Positions 63,434 through 64,000 of a stretch of DNA of 64,000 nucleotides are shown in pieces. The stretch lies in the NCBI GenBank assembly GCA_964252035.1, contig OZ176212.1, one strand, 5' to 3'. Below the pieces are notes generated by a model, which worked only from the letters and a program-made list of their open reading frames with translations, ran no database searches and was not told the origin of the DNA. This DNA comes from Podarcis erhardii. Lineage: Eukaryota. The position numbers and the translations under genes were made by a program. Numbering within the stretch: position 1 is the stretch's first letter; each line of letters opens with the position of its first letter.

Positions 63434-63461
63434 TGTTTTTGCCAGACTTCCTCTCACTGTG
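63434..63461 (-). other. 12-RSS of V15: CACAGTG - agaggaagtctg (12 bp) - GCAAAAACA
   Basis: Heptamer 63455-63461, spacer 63443-63454, nonamer 63434-63442. No nonamer-like sequence at the 23-bp position (63423-63431 reads CTCTTCTTG on -). Confidence 0.85.
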
Positions 63462-63923
63462 TAAGCTTGCACAGTAATACATAGCTGTGTCCTCTGCTTT
63501 CAGATTGTTCATTTGCAGATACAGCATGGCTGATGGGTTGTCCCTGGAGATGGTGAAGCGTCCTGTCACAGAGTTGTCATAGTATATTTCTCCACTATCA
63601 TAGCGTATCCATGCCACCCATTCCAGTCCCTTCCCAGCAGCCTGTCGCACCCAGCTCATCCAGTAGCTGCTGAAATCGAAGCCAGAAGCTCGACAAGAGA
63701 GGCGTAGAGACTCTCCAGGTCTTTTGGTGTCGCCTCCTGATACCTCCAGTTGGTACTGTGATTGAATACCTGTAAAGCAAGAGATATTATAAAGTGCTAA
63801 TCTTATTGATTCATGACTAATCAATAAACTGCAAGTGTGTCCTTCCATGCTGGAGGATTATTAATTGTAATATTGACCTCTGAAGACTGCCAGGAAACAA
63901 ACTAATTGAAGTAAAGGAATCAT
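63462..63923 (-). CDS. IGHV: Clan-III-like IGHV segment V15, intact reading frame, with a 12-bp-spacer RSS
   Basis: 46-nt leader 63878-63923 ([15 protein letters not shown]) with GT donor. Exon 63462-63769 reads [99 protein letters not shown]. Confidence 0.93.
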
Positions 63924-64000
63924 TCCTTTTGCTTGCTTTGGGAAAAGTTGCTTGGAATGGGATGTCAATCACACAGTGCTTGTGGTTCTGGATGGAGCTG

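Noticed and set aside
63434-63923. V15 as a kappa-type light-chain V because of its 12-RSS
   Set aside because: The protein is clearly VH ([32 protein letters not shown]) with a VH-type 46-nt leader, and it is closest to V14.
1-64000. D, J or constant-region segments
   Set aside because: I found no WGxG/FGxG J motif with an upstream RSS, no short segment flanked by two RSSs and no C1-set exon. A by-eye search could miss a degenerate D.

Overview
This is eukaryotic DNA from a squamate reptile, probably a lacertid lizard, inferred from Sauria SINEs, BovB-type RTE fragments and L1/Tx1 LINEs. Two unrelated multigene families are interleaved on opposite strands. On the + strand are three apparently intact six-exon vomeronasal type-2 receptor (V2R, class C GPCR) genes and three V2R exon-6 fragments. 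On the - strand are 15 immunoglobulin heavy-chain-type V segments (called V1-V15 here) and one V/RSS remnant. Thirteen belong to one unusual family ([22 protein letters not shown]..., 49-nt leader, FR3 two residues short) and two are conventional clan-III-like VH. No D, J or C segments were seen. Main observations: (1) V15 is intact and has a perfect heptamer but a 12-bp rather than 23-bp RSS spacer. (2) A V2R 3' end sits tail-to-tail with a VH three times. (3) An 817-bp tandem duplication gives V14 three promoter+leader modules separated by V2R exon-6 fragments. (4) The V array shows a higher-order multi-gene duplication, chimeric V genes, an inversion and many small deletions. Mobile elements include a truncated Copia, Tc1, L1/Tx1, RTE-BovB, Rex1-like, L2-like, SINEs, MITEs and a solo LTR. 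All coordinates were read by eye and no database searches were run.
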